Shown: one piece after another, positions 50,234 to 64,000 of the stretch
Layout: every line of letters starts with the position of its first letter
Numbering within the stretch: position 1 is the stretch's first letter
Program-made: the position numbers and the translations under genes
Notes under the pieces: generated by a model
What the model was told of the DNA's origin: nothing
The model's input: only the letters and a program-made list of their open reading frames with translations
Databases searched by the model: none
DNA from: Octopus vulgaris
Taxonomy: Eukaryota
Assembly: GCA_951406725.2 (NCBI GenBank)
Contig: OX597829.1
Span: 43,834,001-43,898,000, forward strand
Length of the DNA stretch: 64,000 bases
Reading direction: 5' to 3'

Positions 50234-52329
50234 CATGTATATATACATATATATATATATACACACAAACATATACATATCTATAAATACACCCACCCAC
50301 ACATATGCAGTCTTCCCTTACAGATGAAAAAAAAAAACTTAAAGCAGGTATAAATTTCCAAGGATCAATTCAGCTTTGACTTCCGGTTTCTTTCGACGTA
50401 TTTGCGTTCGGATCCATTCAGTCTCATTCCATACAAGTAAAAAAAAATAATAAACAGAAGAAAAAAGAAGAAATATCATAATTACATACCTTGAGTCTCT
50501 TTAAACACAATTCATTGTCCGTCCAATGAACACACATCTTCCCGAAAAGACAGCTTTATGTGGCTTTTCAAAGCCAGCCAATATCTACTAGCGAATAGTA
50601 AACCGATCGCTAAACGAAGGCTTAATATTTCTCCATGAAAGATACACACGCTCAGCTTTTTACGCGCTCATGCTAATACATAGAGGAGTTAGTAACCTTC
50701 TCATTCGCAAACCAAATATGTAAACATGCACGTTCTTATTCTAACAGACGTTTGTCTGCACAAAACATGCACACAACGAACGTGGACAGTTTTTTTATAG
50801 CATGTGTTTGGATTATTTATTTTCATGGAGGTTTTCTTTTACGATCGCTGTTTGTATTGGGGAGAATTTTACGATAATTTTCAGTTTGGTTGTCGAGGGC
50901 GTTTTATATTGGGTAATATCCTCTTATACAAGTTCCTAGATCAAAGAAACGTACAATGGAGTGAAAGGAAGATACGAATACGAAGGAACGAACGGAAAGT
51001 AGAAAATGTGAAGTGCTGGAAGGAAAAACAAAACAGTTAAACAAACAGTCGAACGTACGCATACAGTTATACGCACATATGTCACACGCGTATATAAACT
51101 CGTATACGCAGAACTGATAACAGAAGAAGAGAAGTTGAGATGAATAAGGAACTGAAAACATAAATATTTGAATGACGAAACCGTGAAACTAAGATGCACA
51201 ACGAGTTTCACGAAGAAATGATAAGAAAAATGTAAACAACAAAGCAACGAATAACAGCAGAAATGATTTAAAGCAATAAGATTTCTGAACTGGGTTAGTT
51301 GTCTTTCATCAGTTCAGTGTATCAAGATTTCGAGTTGAAAGTTTAACCCTTAGCAATTGTTCATTTCACCTTATCAGGACGGCTCATGTATATATAAGCA
51401 ATTCGTTCTTGATGCGAGTTGATCGAAGTAAGGTTTTATTCTGTCACTGAAATACGACCAAGTTCCTATTAGCCTGAAATATGCTATATATAAATCACTC
51501 TAAAACGAAATGTTCACGACTACAAGTAATGCTAATTATTGTATATTGTCACATAAAAGAATTGTTCTTATATTCAGATATATATAACTTAGCTCATATG
51601 CATACTTAAAAACACACATTGCTTATCTAATATAATAAATGCGAAAACTAATTTCTGTGTGTCAGTGTGTCACAGTTTGGCCCTCCCTCTCTCACTATTC
51701 AATAAAACTTCTACTGTTGATGATGTTATATTAAAAGTAGTAGTGCTGATGGTGGTAGTGGGAGTAATAATAAGAGAGTGAAAGAGGGACTGAACACTGA
51801 ATTCATTTTCTTAGTACCACCACCATCGCCACCACATCTGCCATACTCACACCAATCAGACTTCTGACGCCACCACCAACAATCGATTTGACTTCGCCGC
51901 CTCCACGATCACTACTGTCCACTTCTCCTTCACCACCATCACCACTGTCTCTCACATCGCTTACTCTCGCCGTCATTCCTGACTGCTTCGGCTACCACCA
52001 CCACCACCACCACCATTATCACCGCCACATCCACCACTATTACAACTACAGCTCATACTATTACTATCATCCCTTTACCATCACAAAAAGGCGGAATAGT
52101 GTGTGCATGGCAGATATGGTGGATATGGTGGTGCTACTGTTGTTCCAAATTATATCATTGTTGTGATGAAAATTGTTCATTTCTTGAAAAAGTATTGTTC
52201 AAATTTAATAAAATTTAACACATACTCAATGCATGAAATGTCATTGTTGGATCCATAGCCTTATGAAGAGCCAGCCACAGGAGCTGGCTTAAAAGCCACC
52301 CGATAGGGCGGCTTTACAGCTAGTACAAT

Positions 52330-52655
52330 AATTAAAAAATAACTGGTATTCTGTCGGTTACAACGGCATGAATTTCCGTTAATCTGATCAACAGAACAGC
52401 CTGCACGTGAAATTAACGTGCAAGTTGTTGAGCACTCTACACACACACGTACCCTTGACGTCGTTCTCAAAGAGATTCGGCGTCACACAGATTGCGACAA
52501 AGCTGTTTTTTTTTAAATACAGGTACTAGTAATTTTTGCCAGCCGGGTGGGCTGGAGTAACGTGAAATAAAATGTCTTTCTCAAGGACACAATGCATCGG
52601 CGGGAATTAAACTCAATCGTGAGCCGAATACCCTAAACACTAAACCATGTGCTTT
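52330..52655 (-). mobile_element. Diverged SINE, D-like head with family C tail
   Basis: CTGTCGGTTACAACGGC...GTGAAATTAACGTGCAAG...CAAGGACACAATGCA...CCCTAAACACTAAACCATGTGC. Confidence 0.7.
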
Positions 52656-52932
52656 TATCTTATAATTATGCTAAAAATCCTTAAGGCCAACCATTAAGGA
52701 ATAACAACAAGATAGTTATATGCAATGATCTTGATTTGTCCATAATAAAACTAATTACAAATTGCTACAGTTATGATATGAAAAACTATGAACCATCTAT
52801 ATCGTGCGCCAGTACTACTTAAGAATTTGCTAAACGAGTAACTAATTTCACGACCGTAAAACTACAATTCCTCATGGTTAGTCTATGAAGATTAAACACA
52901 TTCAAACTTACTATGCTATATAATATATATAT

Positions 52933-53352
52933 AGGCGTAGGAGTGGCTGTGTGGTAAGTAGCTTGTTTACCAACCACATGGTTCCGGGTTCAGTCCCACT
53001 GCGTGGCACCTTGGGCAAATGTCTTCTACTATAGCCTCGGGCCGACCAAAGCCTTGTGAGTGGATTTGGTAGACAGAAACTGAAAGAAGCCCGTCGTATA
53101 TATGTATATATATATGTATGTGTATGTATATGTTTGTGTGTCTGTGTTTGTCCCCCTAGCATTGCTTGACAACCGATGCTGGTGTGTTTACGTCCCCGTT
53201 ACTTAGCGGTTCGGCAAAAGAGACCGATAGAATAAGTACTGGGCTTACAAAAGAAAAAGTCCCGGGATCGAGTTGCTCGATTAAAGGTGGTGCTCCAGCA
53301 TGGCCGCAGTCAAATGACTGAAACAAGTAAAAGAGTAAAAGAGTAAAGAGTA
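52933..53352 (+). mobile_element. SINE-A, full length
   Basis: Complete match to the family. Confidence 0.93.
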
Positions 53353-54181
53353 TAGAGAGAGCAATTTAAAATTCATCTGAATTCGGTGATATTATAGATT
53401 ATAATTCATGTCCCCTAAGTCAAGGTGACCTTTTTAGAGATTACCTTCTCTTCTTAAATATATTGAACTTGAATGTACTAATAGATACAGGATTAATTAA
53501 TATATCCTTTTTTCGAATATATAGGATACCGAAAAATAGTAAGCACCAACCTGAACCTCAAAGACCTTTGTATTATCCTTAAATAAGGCTGATGATATTT
53601 TATACTATATTCAAAAGAGTACAATCACAGTATGAATATTGTCAGTAACCTCGTTAAGACTATTTCTCTGTGGTAATGCAACTCTGCAAAAAATCCATAG
53701 ATCGGTAAGAATTTCTCTCTTTATGATGATTACTCTATCGCAGTAGATTTAAGAAGAAATACAGAAAATAGTAATAGGTCTGGAATTATAGAGAGGTTTA
53801 GAATAACTACCAAGCATAAAAACCAGTGCAACTTAGCTATAGCAACATTAGTTTGGGAAATATTCTTCAAAGAATTATGGAGATTTTTTTTTTTTTTTGC
53901 ATAAATATTTTTATTGAAATATTTACAAAAGAAAAACCTTAATTTAAAATACTATTTGAACTATTTAGAATTTTGCGCCAAATCTTGTTAATTCTAATCA
54001 GTCTAAGCTGAATAAACATATACCTGCATTTAACACAGTTAATATATTTAGTCTAACAACTGTTTTTTTTAGATATTTTTAGACAGTATGTGGCAGTTTA
54101 AAGACATTTCGCGCATGACGACAGTAAAAACTGGTGTCTTTTACTGGTTTCAACTTGAATTCTTCTAAATTGATACGACCT

Positions 54182-54222
<41 letters not shown>

Positions 54223-54584
54223 TACCCAAACAAAAATAGACGCTTCACTATCCGAATAAATATGGGAACTGAAGGAAAAATGATTACTACAACTTAAACT
54301 TGTAAGAAACTATTCTTTGTCAATAGGCATTCTAGCAATCACTAAGTTTCTCATATTTTACAGATAAAGTTTCTAAAATCTTATTTCTTACATCACTTTT
54401 TAATAGACATACTAAGCGCAAAACTTCTTCCACAGACAGAATATTAAAAAATTTTACAGACTTCAAGCCAGCTAGAAAACGTATTTTATATACGTAGATA
54501 TTAACAAGTGAAACCAATGGTACGTAGGTAATCGTTTTTTATTTCGTATGTTTTCATTTGTCTAGGTCATTTTTTTAAATTTTG

Positions 54585-54700
54585 GCGTTTTGCTGAGACT
54601 TTTTCTTGAAAACACATTCTTCGTGGTAATGGCGATTTCACGTCATTGTTTAGCATATAGGGTGTCCACTTTAGTGGTCATTCCTCTAAATTTTGTACAT
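54585..54700. repeat. Relative of the element forming the 14571-14755 palindrome
   Basis: TTGAAAACACATTCTTCGTGGTAATGGCGATTTCACGTC...TAGCAT...TGTCCACTT aligns with 14666-14735. Confidence 0.65.
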
Positions 54701-54709
54701 ACATATATA

Positions 54710-54745
<36 letters not shown>

Positions 54746-54752
54746 ATGCATA

Positions 54753-54791
<39 letters not shown>

Positions 54792-55022
54792 TCCATATGT
54801 TTACATGTGTATAAACGTATATAAACTTATATACTGCTGTATGCATGTACCTTCACGCCAAACTAATGAGACATTTTATATACATATGTGTGTGTATGTG
54901 TCCGTCTGAGGATATGTAGTTTTATTATATAACCATCCTAACATTATTTTTGCCCTACGCTCGCTTTAGCTTCGTTCATTTTCTACCCACGTATTTACAT
55001 GTGTCTTTTTGTGTGTGCATAC

Positions 55023-55082
<60 letters not shown>

Positions 55083-55094
55083 CTATCTATCAAC

Positions 55095-55392
55095 AGGTTT
55101 CAGTCATTTGGTTTCGGCCATGCTGGAGCACCGCCTTTAGTAATCGACTCCTCGACTTACTCTTTCTAAGACTAGTACTTATTCCATCGGTCTCTTTTGG
55201 CGTTTGTCAAGCGATCGTGGGGAAGGATAAATCCAGACACAAACACACATGGAAACATATATATATATATATATATATATACACAACGGACTTCTTTCAG
55301 TTTCTGTCTACCAAAACCACTCACAAGATGCCCCGCAGTAGGACCATGTGGTGGAGGAGGAACCTTCTTACCACTCAGCCACGCCTGCACCT
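55095..55392 (-). mobile_element. Diverged, internally deleted SINE-A
   Basis: GTTTCAGTCATTTG...GGCCATGCTGGAGCACCGCC...CTTCTTTCAGTTTC...CAGCCACGCCTGCACCTA. Confidence 0.75.
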
Positions 55393-55429
55393 ACATATCT
55401 TGAACTATTTATCTATCTATCTATCTATC

Positions 55430-55484
<55 letters not shown>

Positions 55485-55623
55485 TAGAAAAAAAACACCT
55501 TTTATCAATTCAATAATGAAAAATTAAATTACACCATCTAGAAAATTACATATGATAGAAAGATTAAATATAAGATAAAAAATATAACGATGATTAAGTA
55601 ATATACAAAATAATAAATAAAAC

Positions 55624-55678
<55 letters not shown>

Positions 55679-55800
55679 AGTATGTATGTCTGTCACCTGG
55701 ATCACCAGTATCGGCCAGGTGCCGAGCCGGCTCCGCTAGGCACACTATTCCTCTCCAGCTCTCCCCGTTCTTCTCCTTCTTCTCCTCCTCCGTCTCCACA

Positions 55801-55914
<114 letters not shown>

Positions 55915-56714
55915 CGTATAAATACACGCACACACATATATATATATATGCACATGTACACCGCTGACCCATATATACACTTTCTTTGATGTCTTTTCTG
56001 GCACGCTTTTTAACTAGCTCCCAACTTATATACTTGTTATAAAATTGTTTCATTCTATTTCTCTTTTTTCTTCATCAACTATCCATCCTTTCCTTTTTTC
56101 TTTCTTAAATCAAACAGATTTTGTTTACCTTTGCAGAACTCCCATAATATCTTCTAATACCACGTTTTTAATTATAACAACCTATTTACTAATTAGCAAT
56201 ATATTATCGCTATTATTCTGAATGTTATTTTTTTTACTTGCTAACTGTCACTAACACCCGATTTCTTTCCACTTAACAAGCTTAATTTAAAACCCAACTA
56301 CTATTCCATATTACACTTTTTTCATATATAATCACAGTATGCCTAGAGTCTCCTCCATCTTATATTCTTTCGTATATAAAGATCATATAATTATAATCTG
56401 AGATGCACGCCACCTCTTGCATAGATGTCTATTTACGCTGCATCAAAAACGTAGCTGTTAAAACAACGCCTTGATAATTAGAAGCACACATTTCCTTCAA
56501 ACAGTAAATCAATATTATGATAGCTCACCTTGTTACTATAAATTAAACAAATTACTAACAAACGGGTATTTATTTTTTACATTAATTTCCTTAACATTGA
56601 CACTCTTACACAACATCAATATTTTTTTACTGCCACCATAAGTCACGTACATAATTAACTCTGGATAAATTTACTCCTTTTGTTTTTGCCAGACTTTCAC
56701 ATAAAAAATAAACG

Positions 56715-56765
56715 GTTACTACTACTACTACTACAACTACTACCACCACCACCACCACCACTACT

Positions 56766-56800
<35 letters not shown>

Positions 56801-56900
56801 GCTACTACTGCTGCTACTACTGCTACTACTACTACTACTACTACTACTATTACTACTACTACTACTACAACTACTTCTTCTTCTTCCTTTTCTTCTTCTT
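56715..56900. repeat. (CTA)n/(CCA)n/(CTT)n microsatellite
   Basis: Direct reading. Confidence 0.9.
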
Positions 56901-57009
56901 AATTCAAATAATTATTTTCGTATAATATATATTTTTAAAAAATAATAATAATAAATGTATGTTTGAAATTTTGGTGCAAGGCCAGAAATTTCGGGGAGGG
57001 AATGAAATA

Positions 57010-57536
57010 ATTAATTCGACCATTTTATCGACTTCGAAAGAATAAGTAGATGTAGGTGGGATTTGAACGCAGAACGTGAAGAAGTACGAAATGCCGTTAA
57101 CCATTTAATCCGGTGTACTAACGATCCTTATTTCTTTATTGCCCACAAGGGGCTATACACAGAGGGGGAAAATAGACAGACAAACGGATTAAGTCGATTA
57201 CATCGACCCCAGTGCGTAATTGATACTTAATTTATCGACACCGAAAGGCTAAGTCGACATCGGCGGAATTTGAACTCAGAACTTAGCTGCAGACGAAATA
57301 CCTATTTCTTTACTACCTACAAGGGGTTAAACACAGAGAGGACAAACAAGGACAGACAAATGGATTAAGTCGATTATATCGACCCCTGTGCGTAACTGGT
57401 ACTTATTTAATCGACCCCGAAAGGACGAAAGGCGAAGTCGACCTCGGCGGAATTTGAAATCAGAACGTAGCTGCAGACGAAATACCGCTAAGCATTTCGC
57501 CCAACGTGCTAACGATTCTGCCAGCTCGCCGCCTTA
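57010..57536 (-). mobile_element. SINE-B dimer (57128-57536) abutting an older SINE-B-like copy (57010-57127)
   Basis: Two units joined at GACGAAATAC-CTATTTCTTT; head ends GCTCGCCGCCTT. Confidence 0.85.
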
Positions 57537-57739
57537 ATTTATTTATGTAAATATTAAATAGAGTTCATTACTCCTTCAGTTTTATTAAATTTATTAACTT
57601 TGAAATAAAAGGAGTAGTTTTTAATATATCTAGCTTAGAATTTCATATAATTACTCTAATAATTTATGTATTTCTAACTCAGATGAAAACGAAGCGTATG
57701 GATTTCAATAAACAGATTCTGTTTGTTTATATTTTACTT

Positions 57740-57896
57740 TATTGGACTCCGGCCATGTTTGGATGTCACCTGCAATGATTTAAATATAGCACACTTTAGT
57801 ACGTATATTTTTAAGCATGATACTTACTCTATCAGCCACTTTGGTTGAACTGCTATGTTGCAGGGTGAGGGACGACTACAACACAGACACATAGAT

Positions 57897-57932
<36 letters not shown>

Positions 57933-58108
57933 GCGTATGTATGAGAGACTGCTTTCAATTTATGCTTACGAAATCTAATCACAAGACTTTGGGCGGCTTG
58001 GCGTTATAATAGTAACATACATTCGCTCAAGGCGCCACGTAATGGGACTGAACCCAGAACCATGTGATAGTAAAAGAAAACTTACCACACATCAACGCCT
58101 CCACTACA
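57740..58108 (-). mobile_element. Highly diverged SINE-A
   Basis: CGGCCATG...ACACAGACAC (CA)n...TCACAAG...GGGACTGAACCCAGAACCATGTG...CTTACCACAC. Confidence 0.65.
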
Positions 58109-59098
58109 TTATAAACTTGTCATAATTTCTTTAATCAAGTTTGTACTGTTTATCTTTTCTAATAAACAAATTCTACTACATACACACACGCAGACACACA
58201 CACACACACACACACACATACACATACACGCGCACATACACACATAAACACATATGCTTGCGTGTGTGACTCCATCATTACTTAATCTCTTGTTATGCAA
58301 TATACTCCGAATTTTCTGTTAATGTTCCTAAATTAAATCATTAAAACCTAATTAATATCTACGCTTGTTTCTTGATTGCTGTTTGAGATGGTTTTACATT
58401 TTGCTTTAAATATTACTGCTAAACATCACTTTTGTTCTCTAGTGTAGATCCAAGAATTTTGTCATATATATTAAAATACTATCGCAAAATCAACGTCTAC
58501 AATTTGTACATAAGTTCTTTGGAGCCAACTGTCTTTCCTCTATTCGCGACGCTGTAAGATTATTTGATCCTGCAAGTAAACGAATAAATTTATTTTAAGA
58601 AAGCGAAATATATAAATGTTGCGTTCAAGTATTAAGCGATTATTCAAATATAATACGTCTACTTGAAAGTTTTGGCGACATGTTGAAAATAGAAAATAAG
58701 TTCGCGACCAGGCAAATATGCTATATCGGCCTTTGGTCGTTGTTTGTATCCTCATTTAACTTTTCCATGTACTTCACAAATTCATTTTATCTTCAACCGG
58801 AAAATGAAGGGTCCGATCTGAATAACATCCGGATAATTCTGAATATGGTCTCAGAGCAGCATTATTTAGACGACTCTATTGCAATCGTTCGGTTTGTCAA
58901 ACAAACGAGAAAGCCAAATTTCTCTAAAATTCAACTAAACCGTCTTGCATAAGTAAAAATATTAAACAACAAAGCCTCTAGCATAGATCACATTTGTGAT
59001 CACAGTTGTCCTCCACCAGAGCTAACTTTGGCTAAACAACATCATCAAAGCTGCTTTTTATCAGAGTTAAACTTGGCTAAACAACTTTAAGCTATATA

Positions 59099-59860
59099 AT
59101 GTAAATCTTTACTGCCCGCAAGGGGCTACACATAGAGGTGGCAAACAAGGACAGACAAACAGACTAAGTCGATTACATCGACCCCAGTGCGTAACTGGTA
59201 CTTAATTTACCGACTCCGAAAGGATGAAAGACAAAGCCGACCTCGGCGGAATTTGTACTAAGAACGTAACGGCAGACGAAATACCCATTTCTTTACTACC
59301 CACAAGAGGCTAAACACAGAGAGGACAAACAAGGACAGACAAAGGGATTAAGTTGATTACATCGACCCCAGTGCGTAACTGGTACTTAATTTATCGACCC
59401 AGAAAGGATGAAAGGCAAAGCCGACCTCGGCGGAATTTGTACTAAGAACGTAACGGCAGACGAAATACCCATTTCTTTACTACCCACAAGGGGCTAAACA
59501 CAGAGAGGACAAACAAGGACAGACAAAGGGATTAAGTTGATTACATCGACCCCAGTGCGTAACTGGTACTTAATTTATCGACCCAGAAAGGATGAAAGGC
59601 AAAGCCGACCTCGGCGGAATTTGTACTAAGAACGTAACGGCAGACGAAATACCCATTTCTTTACTACCCACAAGGGGCTAAACACAGAGAGGACAAACAA
59701 GGACAGACAAAGGGATTAAGTTGATTACATCGACCCCAGTGCGTAACTGGTACTTAATTTATCGACCCAGAAAGGATGAAAGGCAAAGTCGATCTCGGCG
59801 GAATTTGAACTCTGCTAAGCATTTCGCCCGGTGTACTAACGTTTCTGCCAGCTCGCCGCC
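59099..59860 (-). mobile_element. SINE-B, head plus 4 tandem 184-bp units, 21-bp TSD
   Basis: TAAACAACTTTAAGCTATATA at 59078-59098 and 59861-59881; CGAAATACCC at 59277, 59461, 59645. Confidence 0.92.
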
Positions 59861-60020
59861 TAAACAACTTTAAGCTATATATTAAGATACTGTACTGATT
59901 ACTGCAGACGAGCGTCAGCGCTTAATTTTGTATAGTGAAAGCATTGAAGACAAACTGACTCAAGCTTATTACAGATGCATTATCTATTAATCAAGTGGTG
60001 TGGTGGGCAGTAAGTGCTAA

Positions 60021-60520
60021 GCCTCTTCTCCTTATCTCCTCAGAGACATACATCATCTCGAAAGAGTCCAGAAGCTGGCTACCCGCATGGTTCATGGTCT
60101 CAAGAATTTGTCTTATGAAGAAAGGCTGAAGACGCTCGACCTTTATTCTCTAGAAAAACGCCGCCGCCGTGGTGATCTCATTCTCGCTCACAACATCATA
60201 AGCGGAAAGTGTAACCTCTCGAAAGAGCTGTTCTTCACTCCTGCTCCAGAGCGTCGGCTGCGGGGGTCACTCCGAAAAGCTCTACCTGCGACGATTTCAT
60301 CTCAATCGAAGGAGAGGAGCTTTCTCCGTCCGGGTTGCGGATCCGTAGAACAAACTGCCAGACGAGATGGTGAAGATGCCGACGACCGCTTTGTTCAAAG
60401 TCTCCCTTGACCTCAAGTGGCCTGAACTCTTTACATGAACACCACGCTGTACATAACTCCATGTCCCCCTACATGGCCTTGCTTTTTGTTTTTGAGCCAA
60501 AAAATTAACTAACTAACTAA
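60021..60520 (+). mobile_element. 5'-truncated CR1-clade LINE 3' end
   Basis: SPYLLRDIHHLERVQKLATRMVHGLKNLSYEERLKTLDLYSLEKRRRRGDLI...(frameshift)...FSVRVADP*NKLP...FKVSLD; tail (TAAC)n. Confidence 0.9.
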
Positions 60521-61301
60521 GTTAGACAAGATTAGAGCTCAGAAAAGGTTGGAAATAAATGGTAAAAAGATTTAGTTATCAAATATTCGCCCATTCTATT
60601 TTTACCGTTGAATCAAGGAATGACGGTAAATGCACTTGATTTTTTTTTTTCAGGATCTTCAAGGCTGGCTTTCAGGAAGAGAAAAAAAAAAGTTATCCTC
60701 AAACCAGACCAGGGTCGAATCGTTGCAACTGGCGCAAGGACCATGGGGAGGAAGCTAAACAAGGTTTACGAACAGAGAACGCAAAGAGCTGGAACAAATT
60801 CTGCAAGACATAATAATGTATGATGCTTTAACTTGTCTTCCGATCCACTACCATACTATGTTCCTTTTTTTTTTTCAATTATGAATTTTACCGAATTCCT
60901 CCCCGTACCATAAAAAAAAAAAAAAAAAAAAATGAAAGAAAAGCAGATGAGAAAAGGAACTTGATCTCGACGGAATTTGAACCCAAAACGCATAGAGCTG
61001 GAACAAATTCAGCAAAGATTTTCGTTCTATGTTCTGACGACTGTCAATTTGCTGCCTGATACGTTAGAATATAAAATATGTGAATCTCAGAAAACGCATA
61101 GAATCTAAATCGTTCATTCACATATTGATTAAAAAAGGCATTTACTTTTTAATCCTCCATTCGTTCATTTATTCACGTTTACTAAATTTTCCTCCGGTCG
61201 TTCGCGATCTTCGTTTCTGGCATACTTTGATGCTTTCTTTATCACGTACAGAGCCACACGCACGTGGGAATGCACATACATACATACACAGACACACACA
61301 C

Positions 61302-61385
<84 letters not shown>

Positions 61386-61578
61386 AGAGAGAGAGAGAGA
61401 GAGAGGTAATGGCGAACTTCTGCTGACTCTATCGCCACAACTTTCTCTCAGTGTTTCCTCCTGCATCTTACAGCTCACCTGCGATGGACCGGCGTCCCGT
61501 CCAGGTAGGGAACCTATGCGCCAAGGAAACCGGGAAACCGGCCCTATGCCCAACAAGGGCAAAAAGGATTAAGAAGAA

Positions 61579-62096
<518 letters not shown>

Positions 62097-62134
62097 CTGT
62101 CTGACGAACGGGAACGTGAAACTCGGAGTAACAG
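62097..62134 (+). ncRNA. Minimal type I hammerhead ribozyme, core intact
   Basis: CTGT-CTGACGA-ACG GGAA CGT-GAAA-CTC G GAG-TA-ACAG: stems I, II and III all pair, GTA triplet; inside the (TA)n-flanked segment 62094-62230. Confidence 0.8.
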
Positions 62135-62228
62135 CTTTTGTTATATTTCAGCTGCTTTTAAATAAAGCATATTACTGGTATTTGAGTACTCTTTTTTCCA
62201 CCATGTTTCACATTAATGTGCTTACTCC

Positions 62229-62273
<45 letters not shown>

Positions 62274-62754
62274 GTATAGAGTCTAGTTGCATTCAGTTAT
62301 CGTATTATTTATTCAACCATTACTCTTTCATCTATTAATCTTTCAACATTTTGCTTATCCATTCAGTCTTTTCTATATTTGCTTAAATTTCTCTAACTTT
62401 ATTAATAACTGAAATATTTTCCCCCGTATACCATAATCATTACACTGATTTATTTTCTCTCTGATGAAAATTGTTCATTACCCTTTCGGAAAATTAGACG
62501 CTAAACTACGTTGATTTTCATTCACTGTTTCACTTCTGCACTCCAGTTATCAAGCATTTTCAGTTACACGGTTATTTACTCAGTTACTCGTCGCTTCACT
62601 CAGAAACAAACCTTAATCAGTCGATCAAGGTTTGTAATAAAGACCAAGTTTGTAATAAAGTCTGTCGTCATATTTATTTATCTGTCAAAAAGTAAGCCAC
62701 TTGGGTCGATTACGCAGTCGCGCGATATTGTTGACAAAAATATAAGTATGCTGA

Positions 62755-62779
62755 TGCTACTACTACTACTACTACAACA

Positions 62780-62846
<67 letters not shown>

Positions 62847-62847
62847 G
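62755..62847. repeat. (CTA)n microsatellite
   Basis: Direct reading. Confidence 0.9.
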
Positions 62848-63562
62848 TGCTGCTGTTGCTTCTACACTCAGCAGTGCTTCAGTAATGGAGGATGACTTGC
62901 GATGAAACATCGCCACTTTGGAGCCGGAAAGTTGTGACAAGACTTCCTCGAGCATCCGTGAGACATTCGGAAACGGAACCTGACACCGCTGGCAATTGAG
63001 AATTTATACAATCCCCACCACCACCACCACCACAAACTTTCTCTCTCTCTCCCTCTCTCGCTCTCCCTCCCTCTCTCTCACCCTCTCAGCCATACACACC
63101 CACGTGCATACACACGCATACACGCGCGCGCGCATACAATCATTCACGTGCAAATCAACTCGCTAACATCCTCTAATGAGCAGTCTTACTGTTGTTGCTG
63201 TTGTTGTTATTGTTGTTTCTGTTGATGTTATTTAGCCCTAGGTCAATCTTACTCTACAATCAAAGGTATTGCAATCGTATCTATCCCGAATTTATTTTTA
63301 ATATCTTGATGTACATTATGAAATGTGAAATATGTCTTATTGTTTTTGAAGAAGTTATAATGTGATCTGAAGGAATTCAATCGCTATTTCTAGCTGCTCG
63401 AATAATCGCGTAGAAACACTTTCAATAACCTAGAGCCATTTTTTCTTATTACTTATGGACCCCTTCGATTAATATTTCCTTCTGATGGACCTCCATAGTC
63501 GAGGTTTTACAAACTAGTTTTATAGAAACTTCTTTCAAATTTCCTATGTTGTTTATCACGCA

Positions 63563-63953
63563 CTAGTAGTATCGTCCGGCGTTGCTCAGGTTTGTTTCGA
63601 CCCTTTAGAATTGGAATATTTGAAAAGTAAAAATTTTGCATTATGTAGCTTGATATTCTCTTTAAGTGAACATTTTTCTGGTTGAAATACACCGGAAAAT
63701 GGCGACACAGCAGTCTAAAAATCGTAAAAAATAGGGATTTTCATAGAAAAAAAGCACCTTTTGATGTAAATAATTTTTGGCGTTAACATGATCCGATTTG
63801 AATTTTTTCTTCTACGGAAGAAAGAGAAAGCCTTCTTCTATCATACTTTCAATTTTGGTCAACTTGTGTCGCAGGGTCTCGGAGAAGATAGTGTTAGTTG
63901 AAGGCTACCAAACCTGCCATACACAGACAACTTCAGCTTTATATATATAGAGA
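63563..63953 (-). mobile_element. Non-autonomous Helitron
   Basis: Minus A|TCTCTATATATATAAAGCTGAAGTTG...CAAACCTGAGCAACGCCGGACGATACTACTAG|T; ends match 39303-39699. Confidence 0.85.
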
Positions 63954-64000
63954 TTAATTTGTGTAGGTTGAACTATATAAAACATTTGAGAAAGAAATAC

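Noticed and set aside
50324-50347. 24-nt plus-strand microexon (TTACAG|...CAG|GTATAA)
   Set aside because: Weak donor, A-run content and no neighbouring exons
51270-51320. Minus CTGATGA...GAAA (also plus at 62461-62495 and 45343-45365)
   Set aside because: No stem II adjacent to the core and no stem I; expected by chance
53350-54180. Possible second decayed Penelope-like ORF (KHKNQCNLAIATLVWEI)
   Set aside because: Too degraded to support by eye
56380-56530. Minus-strand DIYARGGVHL resembling an SGNH/LINE ORF1 esterase motif
   Set aside because: One short motif among stops; insufficient evidence
58680-58952. 90-aa ORF in unique sequence
   Set aside because: No recognisable motif or splice context
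59099-59860. CRISPR-like or satellite array
   Set aside because: Units are near-identical 184-bp SINE bodies with no unique spacers, flanked by a TSD

Overview
AT-rich animal genomic DNA with no supportable host protein-coding exon. The tRNA-derived SINE families and extreme (TA)n/(TACA)n/(GATA)n/(GGT)n density suggest an octopus intron or intergenic region (inference). Almost all ORFs in the track are microsatellite translations. The window holds about 20 copies or halves of one ~420-450 bp tRNA-derived SINE with an internal microsatellite (SINE-A), a second SINE built of a head plus 1-4 tandem ~184 bp units (SINE-B), and two further tRNA-headed SINE types (C, D). It also has truncated LINE relics (two RTE, one CR1, one Tx1/L1 sitting in a (TATC)n tract), a decayed Tigger/pogo transposase, two mariner-derived MITEs, two non-autonomous Helitrons and a decayed Penelope-like GIY-YIG fragment. 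The most notable pattern: short AT-rich segments, mostly bounded by (TA)n, repeatedly carry minimal hammerhead-ribozyme folds (about ten intact or decayed), and several sit inside the internal (TA)n tract of SINE-A copies, splitting them. Hammerheads in Penelope-like elements are known; their variety here and the apparent use of a SINE-borne microsatellite as a landing site merit follow-up. All folding and alignment was done by eye.
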